A stretch of 64,000 nt of DNA, from positions 2,304,001 through 2,368,000 of the forward strand of contig CBDCJH010000002.1 in assembly GCA_965217775.1 (NCBI GenBank), in the 5' to 3' direction. Each line of letters opens with the position of its first letter. The stretch's first letter is position 1. Made by a program: the position numbers and the translations under genes. The notes under the pieces were generated by a model. The model was not told where the DNA came from and ran no database searches. It worked only from the letters and a program-made list of their open reading frames with translations. The DNA is from Acidobacteriota bacterium (GTDB lineage: Bacteria; Acidobacteriota; UBA6911; RPQK01; JAJDTT01). This document shows, piece by piece, positions 9,541-20,314 of the stretch.

Positions 9541-11667
9541 TCAATCAGCCATTTTCTCTATTTCTTCCGCCGACAGGGCCCGGTCGAACACCGCCACCTC
9601 ATCGAGGCGGCCTTCCCAATTGGACTGATTGTCGCAGCGGCCGCCGAAGAACAAGTGGTCAAACCGGACGGGAAAATCTGCAGGTGACTCGGTCTCGATC
9701 TCGGGCTGGCGCCTGCCATTCAAATGAACCCGCACGGTTTCATCGTCGCGTACGAACACAACCTGATTCCAACTCCAGCGCCGAATCTCCGTACGACCCG
9801 CCACCAGCTTCCCTCCCTCGCCGTTCTCACCGCGGAGGAAGATAAGCTTACCCGGATGACTCGTGCCTCCCAGGCCGAGGTGGTCGCCTTCCAGACCATG
9901 GTCGCGGCCACGTGAGAACATCCAGCCGGCGATCTGGCGAGCATCTGCCGGCATGCCATTCCAGAACCAGAGGGCCACGGAATACTGTTCACCCAGGTCG
10001 GCAATTCGTGCCCGCAGCCGTCCTCCCGCAAAGTGGGCCGCTCGATTCTGTTCATTGTCGCTGCAGTAAGTCTCCGAGCGTGGACCCTCGAGGAAGAACG
10101 CCACACCCGGCTCGTACCGCGCGTCACGATCCTGACCGGACGAATCCAGGGCACGGGAACCAGTGAATTCATCGAGTCGCCAGTAGGCCGCCGGACTGGC
10201 TTTCAGGAGCACGTCGGAGGCGGGACCTCGACTCTGTCGGTACGGATGCCGGGGCCGTGCGGCCACCTTTTCCAACAGTTGGAGGGCGACTTCGGTGATT
10301 TTCGGCTCGGCCTCGATCTCCAGTCCGGCCCCGCGTTTCGCCCAGGTGTTGTAGCCTCCAAGAAAATGCTGTTCGGGTGGCGGAATGTAGCCGTCCCCGC
10401 CGTTGGCCAGATCCATGACCATGGTCTTCGGCAGCGGGCTCTGCAGCTTCAGCTTCAAGCCGGTGAGGGCATAGGTTTCGGTGGGAGTCGTCGCGACTGC
10501 GATGTCGCCGATGCGGAGGGCCTGAACCACGATTTCGGCCGACTGCAGTTCGTGCATGACGATTTGCTCACGGGCGTAGGCTTCCACGCTCACTTTGGGT
10601 ATCCGATCTCCCATCGCTTCCACGATCCGACGGGCCCACTCCAGGCGCTGTTCGTCCGGGACACGATACTTGAGTTCCAGTCGCTTCTCCGCCATGGCCA
10701 AGTCCACATCCTCGCGATATTCGATCGTGCCATAGGCGCCCAGAACGATGTCCACCATCTCCGCCGAGTAACCTTCGATCGTGGGCTCATACCTGGAGGC
10801 CGGGGGCTTTGCGTAATCGCGTCTCCAGATATCGCCGCTGCAGCCGTGTGACATGATCCCCACGAAGGGCGGGCCGCTGTCGTCGTGGTGTTCGCCAAGA
10901 CGGGACTTCAGCCCTTCGCAGAACAATCCGAAGTAATCCGCGCTGAGGCCCTGCTCACCCGAAAAGTAGTGCATGGAAAAGTTGGCCAGCACCGCGATCG
11001 GGCGGCCGTCGAGCGCTTGAAACGAAATCAGCGACAGCTCGGGATCCTCCGGCCCGGAGGGGCCGGTGACGTTGTCCCAGTTGCTGGCGGCGTGCATGGT
11101 CGCGCGTACGGTGGGGTTGCCGAACACGTCGTCGGCAATTCGGTCCGGCCGGCGAATCCAACGCCGCGTGGCCGTGAATTTCTCGGCGTTCACGACGGTC
11201 CAGCCCACTTGAGCGGGTTCGAGGTTCGCTTCCGCCTCGGCCAGGGCTTGGGCGATCCTCCCCGGAAGATAGGGCAGATAAGTCGGCTCAGCGTGCACCA
11301 TGCTATCCGCGACCGACGGCGCGGAGTGCGTATGCGTCGCCGAGATCAGCATTCGATCGGTTCGGATCTGCGTTCGCCGCGCCGCCAGTTGCTTCACCTC
11401 ATCCAAGAACGGACGCTGCATCAAACAACTATCGACAACCACAATCCCGAGACGCACTCGGCCGTCGTCGAGCACGATCGCCCGTGAATTCAATGGGGTC
11501 TTCACCTCGCCGACAGTACGGGCGACGAGGCCGCCGTTGACGACAACAGGTAGCTTCAGGGGTGTCACGTCCACCACCGCCGCCCCAGCCTTGAACTCAG
11601 CCGAAGCGTCTACCGTCGTCAAGACCGACAAGACGCAAAACAGAAGAGGTGCTGCAGGCGACTTCAT
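9541..11667 (-). CDS. Neutral/alkaline ceramidase-like protein with C-terminal LamG (ConA-like) domain
   Basis: ISATHTHSAP, ANFSMHY, DLANGGDGYIP motifs; C-terminal AYWRLDE...GRLDEVAVFDRALSAEEI. Confidence 0.8.
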   Translation of the reverse strand: MKSPAAPLLFCVLSVLTTVDASAEFKAGAAVVDVTPLKLPVVVNGGLVARTVGEVKTPLNSRAIVLDDGRVRLGIVVVDSCLMQRPFLDEVKQLAARRTQIRTDRMLISATHTHSAPSVADSMVHAEPTYLPYLPGRIAQALAEAEANLEPAQVGWTVVNAEKFTATRRWIRRPDRIADDVFGNPTVRATMHAASNWDNVTGPSGPEDPELSLISFQALDGRPIAVLANFSMHYFSGEQGLSADYFGLFCEGLKSRLGEHHDDSGPPFVGIMSHGCSGDIWRRDYAKPPASRYEPTIEGYSAEMVDIVLGAYGTIEYREDVDLAMAEKRLELKYRVPDEQRLEWARRIVEAMGDRIPKVSVEAYAREQIVMHELQSAEIVVQALRIGDIAVATTPTETYALTGLKLKLQSPLPKTMVMDLANGGDGYIPPPEQHFLGGYNTWAKRGAGLEIEAEPKITEVALQLLEKVAARPRHPYRQSRGPASDVLLKASPAAYWRLDEFTGSRALDSSGQDRDARYEPGVAFFLEGPRSETYCSDNEQNRAAHFAGGRLRARIADLGEQYSVALWFWNGMPADARQIAGWMFSRGRDHGLEGDHLGLGGTSHPGKLIFLRGENGEGGKLVAGRTEIRRWSWNQVVFVRDDETVRVHLNGRRQPEIETESPADFPVRFDHLFFGGRCDNQSNWEGRLDEVAVFDRALSAEEIEKMAD

Positions 11668-11951
11668 GTGATGTTCCCTCCCGGTCGTGGAAGACGGCTA
11701 CACGATGTGGAGCTGAATAACTTGTTGGTCGAACAAATCGACAGCACTGGAACTCCCCGAATTTATGGCTAAATCGACCGCCACAGTTGTATCCTAGCGT
11801 AGTGCGTGGTGAAAGCCGCGTGCGGTCGCGGGGCTTTCAGCGCCAGCCTTCTGGATATTGTCAACATATGATGGGGGAAAACCCGTCCTTCGCGAGCGCT
11901 CTATTCTCGCCTTGGATTTCAGTCACTGGCAGCCTCGAACGAAAAGGGCTG

Positions 11952-13469
11952 ATGCGACGATGCCTGCAGAGCCGGAGATATTCGATACCGCCTGCAGTCG
12001 TGTCCAGCCTCCTGGTCTTCCTCTTCCAGGCTGGGGCCGGGGCCTGGTCTCAGGAGAAGCGACCGGGCGATTCCTTTGCCATCCGCTCACCAGAAATCTG
12101 CGGCGCCGCGAACCGGACGCTCCCCAAGTGGGCATTTGAGCAGGAATCACCAGAGCAGGCTGTGCGGCTGTTGCAGGATCGTCTCCGCTCGAACCCTCAA
12201 GATCCCATGCTCAATTATCAACTGGGAATCCTCTACCAAGCCCAGAATCAGTTCCGGAAAGCCATCGCCCAGTATTGGAAAAGCAGGAGCCTGGATCAGG
12301 ACTCAGATCTTTACTCGCTGGCCCTAGCCTCGGTTTTGTTTCACTGTAAGCAACGGAGAGAAGCCATTCAAGTGCTGCAGACCTTTCTGGTACGGCATCC
12401 GAAGTCTCTCCCCGGTATTCGCTTCCTGTGCCGGATATACATCCGGGAGGGCCAGCATGATCAAGCACTGGCTTTGGCTCAGAAGGGCCTGACGCTGGAC
12501 CCCGGCGACAGCTACGGACATTACCTCTTGGGAGTCAGCCATAAGGGGCTGATGCAATTCGAGGAAGCGCAAGCTGCATTGGAGCAGGCTGTTGCCCTGG
12601 CTCCCTCGTTTGCCGACGCCCGCTTGGAGTTGGGTTTACTTTACAGCGCCGATCACAAGACCTTCGGCCTGGCCGTTGAGCATCTGGAGATGGCGATCTC
12701 GTCAGGATTGGTTCGACCGGATGTTCACAAGAACCTGGGCTTTGTGCTCCTCAAACTGGGAGAGCATCAGAAAGCGGTTGCACAACTGGAGCTGGCTTTG
12801 CAAGGCAGCCCGGATTATGCGGAACCCCATTTTCTGCTGGCTGACGCATTTCGCAAACTGGGGATGAAGGAGAAAGCGGCTGCCGCTCTGAAACGATTTC
12901 AATCTCTGCGGACAGCGGCCCGGGAAAGGCTGGCGGTGGAGAACAGAGGCCCAAGGCTATACGCGCAGGGAATGGACCTCTTGTCCAAGCAAGCTGCACC
13001 GGAGCAGGCCTATGCGGCCTTCCTCAAATCCATTGAGGCTTCTCCCGACATGGATCTGGGTTTCTATCGCCTGGCCCAAATCGATTACAAAATGGGGAAC
13101 CGCCAACGTGCGGCCGATTGGATTCGCCAGGCGATTCAGGTGTATCCGCTTGACGCACGATACCACTTTGTGCTCGCCAGACTCTTGGAGCAAACGCATG
13201 TCGCGGGCTCCCTCGACGCCGTCAAGACGGCCATCGACTTGAACCCGGCGAATGCGGATTACCACAACCTCCTGGGCAACCTACTCTTCAAGCAGAATGA
13301 CTTTCAGGGTGCTGTCCAATCTTATCGCCGGGCTATAGAAATGGACCCCGATGACCCCATCCCTCACCTGAATCTTGCCACTACGCTGCCTAGAATCGGA
13401 GCCGTTCAGGAAGCCGAGAGAGAAAGAGAGATCTACCTCCGACTGACCCGCGGAGGGAATCCCGAGTAG
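11952..13469 (+). CDS. Tetratricopeptide repeat protein
   Basis: Many TPR units (e.g. ADYHNLLGNLLFKQNDFQGAVQSYRRAIEMDP); stop abuts next start; start codon uncertain. Confidence 0.85.
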   Translation: MRRCLQSRRYSIPPAVVSSLLVFLFQAGAGAWSQEKRPGDSFAIRSPEICGAANRTLPKWAFEQESPEQAVRLLQDRLRSNPQDPMLNYQLGILYQAQNQFRKAIAQYWKSRSLDQDSDLYSLALASVLFHCKQRREAIQVLQTFLVRHPKSLPGIRFLCRIYIREGQHDQALALAQKGLTLDPGDSYGHYLLGVSHKGLMQFEEAQAALEQAVALAPSFADARLELGLLYSADHKTFGLAVEHLEMAISSGLVRPDVHKNLGFVLLKLGEHQKAVAQLELALQGSPDYAEPHFLLADAFRKLGMKEKAAAALKRFQSLRTAARERLAVENRGPRLYAQGMDLLSKQAAPEQAYAAFLKSIEASPDMDLGFYRLAQIDYKMGNRQRAADWIRQAIQVYPLDARYHFVLARLLEQTHVAGSLDAVKTAIDLNPANADYHNLLGNLLFKQNDFQGAVQSYRRAIEMDPDDPIPHLNLATTLPRIGAVQEAEREREIYLRLTRGGNPE

Positions 13470-15182
13470 ATGCGGCGTCGACTCCTGACCGCGGTGCTTT
13501 TCCCGCTGCTTGCCGTCGAAGCTTGGGCCCTGGTCGAATCGCCCGACCCCGGCTCCTCGGTAACCTTTCAGGATGTGACCGCACAAGCCGGTCTCAGTTT
13601 CTTGCACCGGAATTCGCCTACTCTCAAGAGATACGCCGTGGCAACGGTGGGATCGGGATGTGGTTTTATCGACTTTGACAAAGATGGCTACCAGGACATT
13701 TTGCTCATCAACGGCGGCTGGACTCCGGGTACCGACCAGAATCTCTCCTTCGATCACTCCCTTTATCGAAACCGGGGAGACGGCACCTTCCAGGAGGTGA
13801 CCTCCCGGGCCGGAATTGAAGCCAATCAGTACTATGGAATGGGCGTCGCCGTCGGCGATTATGACAATGACGGGTTCGACGATATCTTTATAACCAATTT
13901 TGCCGGTCCCGATCTCCTTTATCGCAATAACGGAAACGGAACCTTTCACAACAGGTCCTTGGCGGCGGGTGTGGGAGGCGATGGCCGATGGAGCTCGAGT
14001 GCAGCCTTCTTCGATTATGACAATGACGGTTTCTTGGATCTCTATGTGGCCAGTTACACAGACCATTCACTTGAGAAGAATAATCCGATCTGTAAACACG
14101 GACCCATCGTGGCCACCTGTGGTCCCGAGGCCTTCAACGGTGTCCCGGATGTCCTCTATCGGAACAATGGCGACGGCACCTTTGCCGAGGTGGGTCAAAA
14201 AGCCCGCGTCGCTCAGTTTGCAGGAAAGGGTCTGGGGGTGGTGCCATTGGATTATGATCGGGACGGCCTGGTCGACATTTACGTGGCCAACGACGGAGTC
14301 GACAATTTTCTCTTCAGGAACCAGGGAGATGGATCGTTTTCCGAAGTGGGGCTGTTGACCGGAACCGCTCTTGACGAGAACGGGGAGCCGCAGGCAGGCA
14401 TGGGAGTCGTAGCTGGAGACTACGATGGGGACGGGCTTCTGGATCTGGCGGTGACCAATCTGGACTTGGAATACCTGGCCCTTTACAAGAACATGGGTGA
14501 CGGCTTTTTTGAAGACATGAGCTCCCGTGCCGGTGTTCTGGCTCCCAGCCGGCCCTTTGTGGGTTTTGGCCTGGGTTTGATCGATGTGGACAATGATTCG
14601 GATCCGGACCTGGTCGTCGCTAATGGCCACATTATGGACAACGCGGCCCAACTGAGAGCAGGGGCATCCTACCGGCAACCCAAACTTCTGCTGGAGAACG
14701 TTGGCGGCCTGTACGAGGACGTCACCTCTGAGCGGGGCGAAGTATTGACGGTTCCTCAGGTCAGCCGGGGCCTGGCCTGGGCCGATTACGACAATGACGG
14801 CGACCTGGACGTGCTGGTCAGCAATTGCGGCGGAAGCCCGGTGCTGTTGCGCAACGAGGGAGGCAACGAAAATGCCTGGCTGCAATTGAAACTGGTCGGT
14901 AGAAAATCCAACCGAAACGGTTTCGGGGCGCTTGTGGAGCTCAAATTTGGCGAGAAACGCCTAGTCTCTCAGGTCACCTCGGCCGGCAGCTATCTTTCGG
15001 CCAGCGACTATCGAGTTCATTTTGGCCTGGGAGATTACGAGGGCAAGGTTGAGATCACGGTTCACTGGCCAAGTGGAGCCCGAGACTATCTCCGAGAGCT
15101 TCAACCTCGGCAGGTTGTCGTGCTGGAGGAAGGAAGCACCAACCACCCAGTGACAGCAGCCGAGGCAAAAGATCCGGGCTAA
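13470..15182 (+). CDS. CRTAC1-family FG-GAP/ASPIC-UnbV protein
   Basis: Repeated DYDNDG.D FG-GAP motifs, LYRNNGDGTF, C-terminal GSYLSASDYRVHFGLG. Confidence 0.92.
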   Translation: MRRRLLTAVLFPLLAVEAWALVESPDPGSSVTFQDVTAQAGLSFLHRNSPTLKRYAVATVGSGCGFIDFDKDGYQDILLINGGWTPGTDQNLSFDHSLYRNRGDGTFQEVTSRAGIEANQYYGMGVAVGDYDNDGFDDIFITNFAGPDLLYRNNGNGTFHNRSLAAGVGGDGRWSSSAAFFDYDNDGFLDLYVASYTDHSLEKNNPICKHGPIVATCGPEAFNGVPDVLYRNNGDGTFAEVGQKARVAQFAGKGLGVVPLDYDRDGLVDIYVANDGVDNFLFRNQGDGSFSEVGLLTGTALDENGEPQAGMGVVAGDYDGDGLLDLAVTNLDLEYLALYKNMGDGFFEDMSSRAGVLAPSRPFVGFGLGLIDVDNDSDPDLVVANGHIMDNAAQLRAGASYRQPKLLLENVGGLYEDVTSERGEVLTVPQVSRGLAWADYDNDGDLDVLVSNCGGSPVLLRNEGGNENAWLQLKLVGRKSNRNGFGALVELKFGEKRLVSQVTSAGSYLSASDYRVHFGLGDYEGKVEITVHWPSGARDYLRELQPRQVVVLEEGSTNHPVTAAEAKDPG

Positions 15183-15224
15183 GTGGGTACTAAGAATGGA
15201 TGAGATCGGCGTTGGATCCGGAAC

Positions 15225-16790
15225 TCATTCCCCAAACTGAAACGCATACAGATCGGCATCCTGCAGGCTAAAGCGCAGACGTATCGCCTGACCCGCAATC
15301 CTGCTCACATCCGTTGAATCGTTCCAGGAAACCGTTCGGTCGATCTCATTCCCGAAGGTCTCATCCGCTTCCGCCAACGAGTAGCCGGGGATCGGACGGC
15401 CCTTGGCGTCCTGTATTTCAACCTTGAGTGTGCCCGCCGCCGAGGTGGCGAAATTCACCTTCAGCTTGCTTCCTTCGAACTTCAAGATTCGGGTCAGCAA
15501 CTCGCCTCCCTGCATCGGCGCCGAGGCTGAGACGAATCCATCCAGGCGCAGGGTGTAGCGGCTCATCTTTCCACCCCTGCCGTGCCAATAAGCCGAGGAG
15601 GCATAGAAGGACAATTCATTGGGGGCCCCGGCTCGGGCCGCTTTCGTTTCCAGCATCTTCCAGGCCACTGTCTGGTGAGCGTAATACCACGAGTCGTCAC
15701 GTTGAATGCCCGGTCGAATGAAACCTTCATTCCAGCGCTTGAACTTCACACCGTCACGGCTTGCCATGATCAGGGTTTCGGTCAAAGCTGTCCCAAAGCG
15801 TTGATGCGAGCTGGCTCTCAATTCCCGTTTCTCGAGGTCCGGAAGAGCTTTCATCGAAGCTGACCAACCCCGCTCGATATATCGTTGCGGTGTTCCCACC
15901 AGGATGTGGGGCGCCCGGTGGTAGGGCGCCACGTTGTTTATGTACATATGTTCTTCGGGAGAATCGACATAGGTCAAATCAGCATGGTTGTCCCAGTCAA
16001 GGAAATCTGCAGAAGTGGCGGTTCGAATGGCTCGGAATCCAGCCGGCTTCCAATTGTCCTTTTCGGTGACGCCGCCGGTGAAGGTTCGCCAGTAGGCACG
16101 GTACCGGCCGATGGTGGGATCCCAGAAGCCAAGGTTGGCAGAATCGAACGCACCGTTGGTGATCACCGGTTTTTCCTGCATCAAGGACCAGTGGATGCCG
16201 TCCGGGGACTTGTAGGCGAACAGTCCGCCCTCTCTCTTGATGCCGGCCAATGCCTTGTACCGTTCCTCCCTCGGGCAGGCGGGGTTCTCGTCGATCACGG
16301 GCATGAAATTATGAGTGCCAATTCCATCCACAATGATGTTGTTTTGTTTCGATCCCTCGTATTCGACGATGCCGAGTTCGGGCTTGACCCAGTGAATTCC
16401 ATCCTGGCTCTGGGCAACACAGGTGACCGGTTTGCCGTCGAATACGAGTTTGCCCGGGAGGGTGTTGAAGTTCCAACCGCGATAGTACATGCGGTAGCCG
16501 TCGCCATCCTGGATTACGGTGTGGCTTCCGCTGGCGTTTCCTTCCCAGGGTGCATCATGTTCGATCACGACCTCGCGAAAGACCGGATGATGAAGTCGAA
16601 GTTGAGCTTTCCCTGAGAGTTGCCCGATCATGAAGTCGTCCAGGAACAACTCGCGGCGCGACCCTATGGGAACGGCCTCATCGGTGCTCTTCCGACCCGG
16701 GCGGGCCAGTAAGGCCGGACGCATGGCAGCAGCTGCCGTTATCAAGGGGATGTGATTCAAAAAGGTGCGACGATTGGTGGTCCCGTTCAT
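15225..16790 (-). CDS. Tat-exported GH32-like beta-propeller + beta-sandwich protein (copy 1)
   Basis: MNGTTNRRTFL Tat signal; RELFLDD, SQDGIHW, LRLDGFVS, DLYAFQF. Confidence 0.85.
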   Translation of the reverse strand: MNGTTNRRTFLNHIPLITAAAAMRPALLARPGRKSTDEAVPIGSRRELFLDDFMIGQLSGKAQLRLHHPVFREVVIEHDAPWEGNASGSHTVIQDGDGYRMYYRGWNFNTLPGKLVFDGKPVTCVAQSQDGIHWVKPELGIVEYEGSKQNNIIVDGIGTHNFMPVIDENPACPREERYKALAGIKREGGLFAYKSPDGIHWSLMQEKPVITNGAFDSANLGFWDPTIGRYRAYWRTFTGGVTEKDNWKPAGFRAIRTATSADFLDWDNHADLTYVDSPEEHMYINNVAPYHRAPHILVGTPQRYIERGWSASMKALPDLEKRELRASSHQRFGTALTETLIMASRDGVKFKRWNEGFIRPGIQRDDSWYYAHQTVAWKMLETKAARAGAPNELSFYASSAYWHGRGGKMSRYTLRLDGFVSASAPMQGGELLTRILKFEGSKLKVNFATSAAGTLKVEIQDAKGRPIPGYSLAEADETFGNEIDRTVSWNDSTDVSRIAGQAIRLRFSLQDADLYAFQFGE

Positions 16791-17054
16791 TCTCCATCTC
16801 CTCTGCGATGATGACAATCTTCGGTCCTGAAACGCTATTCGGAACGTCGAGTCCAGCCTCCTGACCCGCAGTTCTCACCGGAAACCTGGATACAGGCCGG
16901 GTTCTGTGCTATAAGTTCTTTTTTAACAACAACTTACGGAACCACGGGAGCACAAGCTTATGAACTCGGATTGTACCAGAACCAAGCTCAGTGCCGCGCT
17001 GCTGAAAAAGGCTGCCCTGGGGAGGATCGAAGGGACAGGAATCTGAAATTCTCC

Positions 17055-19757
17055 ATGCCGAAAGTCGGCTCTCTTTTGCTGCTCGCAATTCCGGCGCTCT
17101 TACACCTATGTTCTCCCCTTCTCGCCGGCCCCAGCAGGCTGTTGCTTCGAGAGTTCGATCGGGCCCTCAGCAGGTGGGTGGTCCGAGACGGCGAGGGGAT
17201 CCGCTACCTCCTGACGGCCAGGAGGGGACCCGAGGGACGGGCCGGCTTCACCCTTCGAATCTCAAAAAACTCCAGACCTCGATCCCTGGAGGATTTTCTT
17301 CCCCCGGCCGACCTCGTCCCTCCCCGGAATGCCCGGGAATCGATGGGCTGCGCCGGCATGGCCCTGGATGGCGCCGACCGTCTTCATTTTGCCTGGAGCA
17401 CCGAAAAGGGCCTTTCCGGTTACAGCTTGATGAGCCTGGATCGACTCAAGAGGCGTCTGGAGGCCGGAGAGGAGCCACCCTGGGTGAATCCAGCCGACGG
17501 GACGCCGGGAGCGCTGATTCTGGCTGAGGCGGGTTCGCTCGTGGGTGATATCAGGCAGGCGCCCAATGGCGACGTCTGGCTGGCATGGACGGCCGGGGCG
17601 GGCGACGACATCTCCCTCCATCTGGGGAGCACAAGGGGTGGAAAATGGGAAGCTTTCGAAGTCGCGGCCGGAGACAGCCATGCTCCACCCGCGCTTCTCA
17701 TTGACAGCGGGGGGCGCCTTCACCTGGCGTGGCATAACCGGGAAGGGCGTGGTTTCTATCTCAGCAAAGAGCCTTCGGATCTGCGAGAGACGCTCAAGGG
17801 TTCTGCCGTTGAAACCCGGACCTCCTCTTCCGTGCCCGCCGGACCCTGGAGGCTCTGGGCCTATCGGCCGGCCCTGGTGGAGACACCCGCTGGAATACTG
17901 GCGGTCCATGAGAGCGGAACCGCGGAGTTGAGATCCGTGTTTCCAGGGGGCGAAAAAAAGCAACACTTTCCTCTTACCGGTGAGGACGAAAGGTTCGCGT
18001 GGGATTTCTGTCACTCGCCCCGGTTTGCCGTCGACCGCTACGGCATCCCCTGGGTTTTCTTCATCAACGGCACCCGCCAGCACGTGTTTTACGCCCGCTG
18101 GCTGGAAAAGCAGTGGAGTCCGGTCTTGAACGCCTACTGGCTCACGCGCAATACGCCCAGAATGGATGAAAATCATCTCTCCATCGAGCGGCTGGCGGTG
18201 GAGGAGAGAATGGCTGACGATGCTGAGGGGATCGGCGTCTCCATTACCCATGAAAGCCGGTTTCCCCAGACGGCCTATCACACGATGCCGGTCCCGTCTC
18301 TAACGGCCACACCCGGAACCACCGTCTTGTTTTTGGACCTGAAGGAGTTGAAAGCGCTGGACGGTCTGCGCCTGAAGGTCAATGAGGCCACGAAATACGA
18401 GGGAAACCCGGTGATCGGGAGGGGAGCAGCCGGTGATTTTGATGCCGGGGGAGCCTCGCAATTGGGCGTCCTGAAAGAGAACGGCGTGTATCGAATGTGG
18501 TATTCGGGGGTCTTCCGCGAGCCCGGGTCCAAGTGGCCCGAGTCGGGCCCCGTACCCATGCGGCGGATCGGTTACGCGGAGAGTCAGGACGGTTACGATT
18601 TCAGGAAAGTGGATCTGGGGATGGTTCCCTTTGGAGGCCGGGAGCGTACGAATCTGGTTCCGGGACTTCCCCCCGCCCCGGTTTACAAGCCCATTTTTGC
18701 GGGGGGCATCCATCGTGACGCCCACGAGGCGAACCCGGCGAAGAGGTACAAACTGCTGAAGTGGGACCGGGATCCCGTCGAAGATTCGAATGCGCCGCAC
18801 CTGCCGGAGAGGCAGCGCTGGACCCTGTTCACTTCACCTGACGGAATCCGGTGGAGGGAGCAGGTGGCAGGGAACATTTCCTTTCCTGCCGGCCAGCCCA
18901 GTTCTTTCGTGCCGATGTCGCTTTTTTTCGACGAGGCCGAAGAGGATCCGGGAAAGAAATACAAGGCTTACGGTTTTACTTCTCTGAATATCAGCCGCCG
19001 CGGGGGAGCCTACGGCTACAGCCCGGATGCCGTTCACTGGACGGGGCATCCTCAAAACCCCATTTTTGACCCCTTTGCCCGAAGCATACCCGTCGTGAGA
19101 AGCGGCAAGGTGGAACAGATCCATGATGCGGTGGTGTGGAAGCACCACGGCTACTACCTGGCCCTGTATCAATACCAGCACAGCGGGACGAACATGGATG
19201 TGGAACTGGCCGCGAGCCGTGACGGAGAGCACTTCGTATTCATCCAGCCCGGCGAGAAGGTGATCACTCGCGGCATTCCGGACGCCTGGGACTCGGACAT
19301 GGTCGCCCCTTCCGTGCCCCTGGTGGATGGCGAAGATATCAAGCTGTACTACGGAGGCTGGCGCAGTTCGCCCTGGGCGGAAGGACAGCCCTCGGGGGGC
19401 GTGGCGACGCTGAGACTCGACGGCTTTACCCATCTGGAGTTGGTGAAGGACCGGGCGCGAGGGAGTCTCACCACCATTCCCATCGGCCCCGGCACGGCTT
19501 CTGAACTTTACGTGAACGCCGACTGCAGCGAGGGCGGCTCCCTGCAGGTCGAGCTGATCGATCCCGCCACCGGACGGCCCCGGCCGGGGTATTCCAGAGA
19601 GGAGAGTCCCCGGTTCGAGGGGGACTCGGTGGCTTGGAGAGTCGAATGGGAGCAAGGAAGAAGCCTCGATGGGCTGAAGCGGGATTCGTTCCAGATCAAG
19701 TTCCACCTGGCCGCCACCGGGGGATCCCCCAAACTCTATTCATTTAGTTTGAAGTAG
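17055..19757 (+). CDS. Secreted multidomain protein: N-terminal repeat propeller + GH32-like propeller + beta-sandwich (copy 1)
   Basis: Signal peptide MPKVGSLLLL; repeated D..G.LH.AW units; YEGNPVI, ESQDG, SPDGIRW, LRLDGF tail. Confidence 0.8.
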   Translation: MPKVGSLLLLAIPALLHLCSPLLAGPSRLLLREFDRALSRWVVRDGEGIRYLLTARRGPEGRAGFTLRISKNSRPRSLEDFLPPADLVPPRNARESMGCAGMALDGADRLHFAWSTEKGLSGYSLMSLDRLKRRLEAGEEPPWVNPADGTPGALILAEAGSLVGDIRQAPNGDVWLAWTAGAGDDISLHLGSTRGGKWEAFEVAAGDSHAPPALLIDSGGRLHLAWHNREGRGFYLSKEPSDLRETLKGSAVETRTSSSVPAGPWRLWAYRPALVETPAGILAVHESGTAELRSVFPGGEKKQHFPLTGEDERFAWDFCHSPRFAVDRYGIPWVFFINGTRQHVFYARWLEKQWSPVLNAYWLTRNTPRMDENHLSIERLAVEERMADDAEGIGVSITHESRFPQTAYHTMPVPSLTATPGTTVLFLDLKELKALDGLRLKVNEATKYEGNPVIGRGAAGDFDAGGASQLGVLKENGVYRMWYSGVFREPGSKWPESGPVPMRRIGYAESQDGYDFRKVDLGMVPFGGRERTNLVPGLPPAPVYKPIFAGGIHRDAHEANPAKRYKLLKWDRDPVEDSNAPHLPERQRWTLFTSPDGIRWREQVAGNISFPAGQPSSFVPMSLFFDEAEEDPGKKYKAYGFTSLNISRRGGAYGYSPDAVHWTGHPQNPIFDPFARSIPVVRSGKVEQIHDAVVWKHHGYYLALYQYQHSGTNMDVELAASRDGEHFVFIQPGEKVITRGIPDAWDSDMVAPSVPLVDGEDIKLYYGGWRSSPWAEGQPSGGVATLRLDGFTHLELVKDRARGSLTTIPIGPGTASELYVNADCSEGGSLQVELIDPATGRPRPGYSREESPRFEGDSVAWRVEWEQGRSLDGLKRDSFQIKFHLAATGGSPKLYSFSLK

Positions 19758-20314
19758 AACAACGAAAACGCCCCGGAATCTCGAATGGGGGCGAAAACCA
19801 CGGCCCTCTTTATGTCAATTACGGATCTCCTCTACGCTGGCCCGATCCTCCGATTTACCCTCCTATAATCTATCGTTAGACCGCCTCAACGTTAGCATTA
19901 ACGGACGAAATGGGGCTTTTTTCTACGGGCCGATAGACACCGGTTTTCGAGAACAAGAACAGCCGGCCATTCGGCCGGCGGTCCCCGAACCGGACGGTAG
20001 CCGTTCCAGTACCTTCAGGCTTTGTGTAGACCCAGATTATTCATCACGCAAACATAAAATGAGCAAGCGTGTCCGTCATGTCGAGTCGGATCAGAGGGTT
20101 ACCGGATACCCACAGAAAACGGCTGAGACCCGACCTGGGTGAAACGCTATCTTTGTTTTCAACGTCGGTTTAATCCCAGGATTCAAGTGGGTCCGAAACC
20201 CAAGTACTTCCACGGTTTTCGTCCCCTCCAAGGGCGGCAAGAAGAGGCGGCGTGCCCGTCATTTATGGTATGATTATGGTGTTGCTAAAACAACCACAAA
20301 GAACGGAGCACGCC

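Larger units (their letters stand above)
15181..19830. repeat. Segmental duplication copy 1 (two divergent propeller genes plus a GWxTD 5' stub)
   Basis: Near-identical to 29861-34684; both begin AAGTGGGTACTAAGA. Confidence 0.95.
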
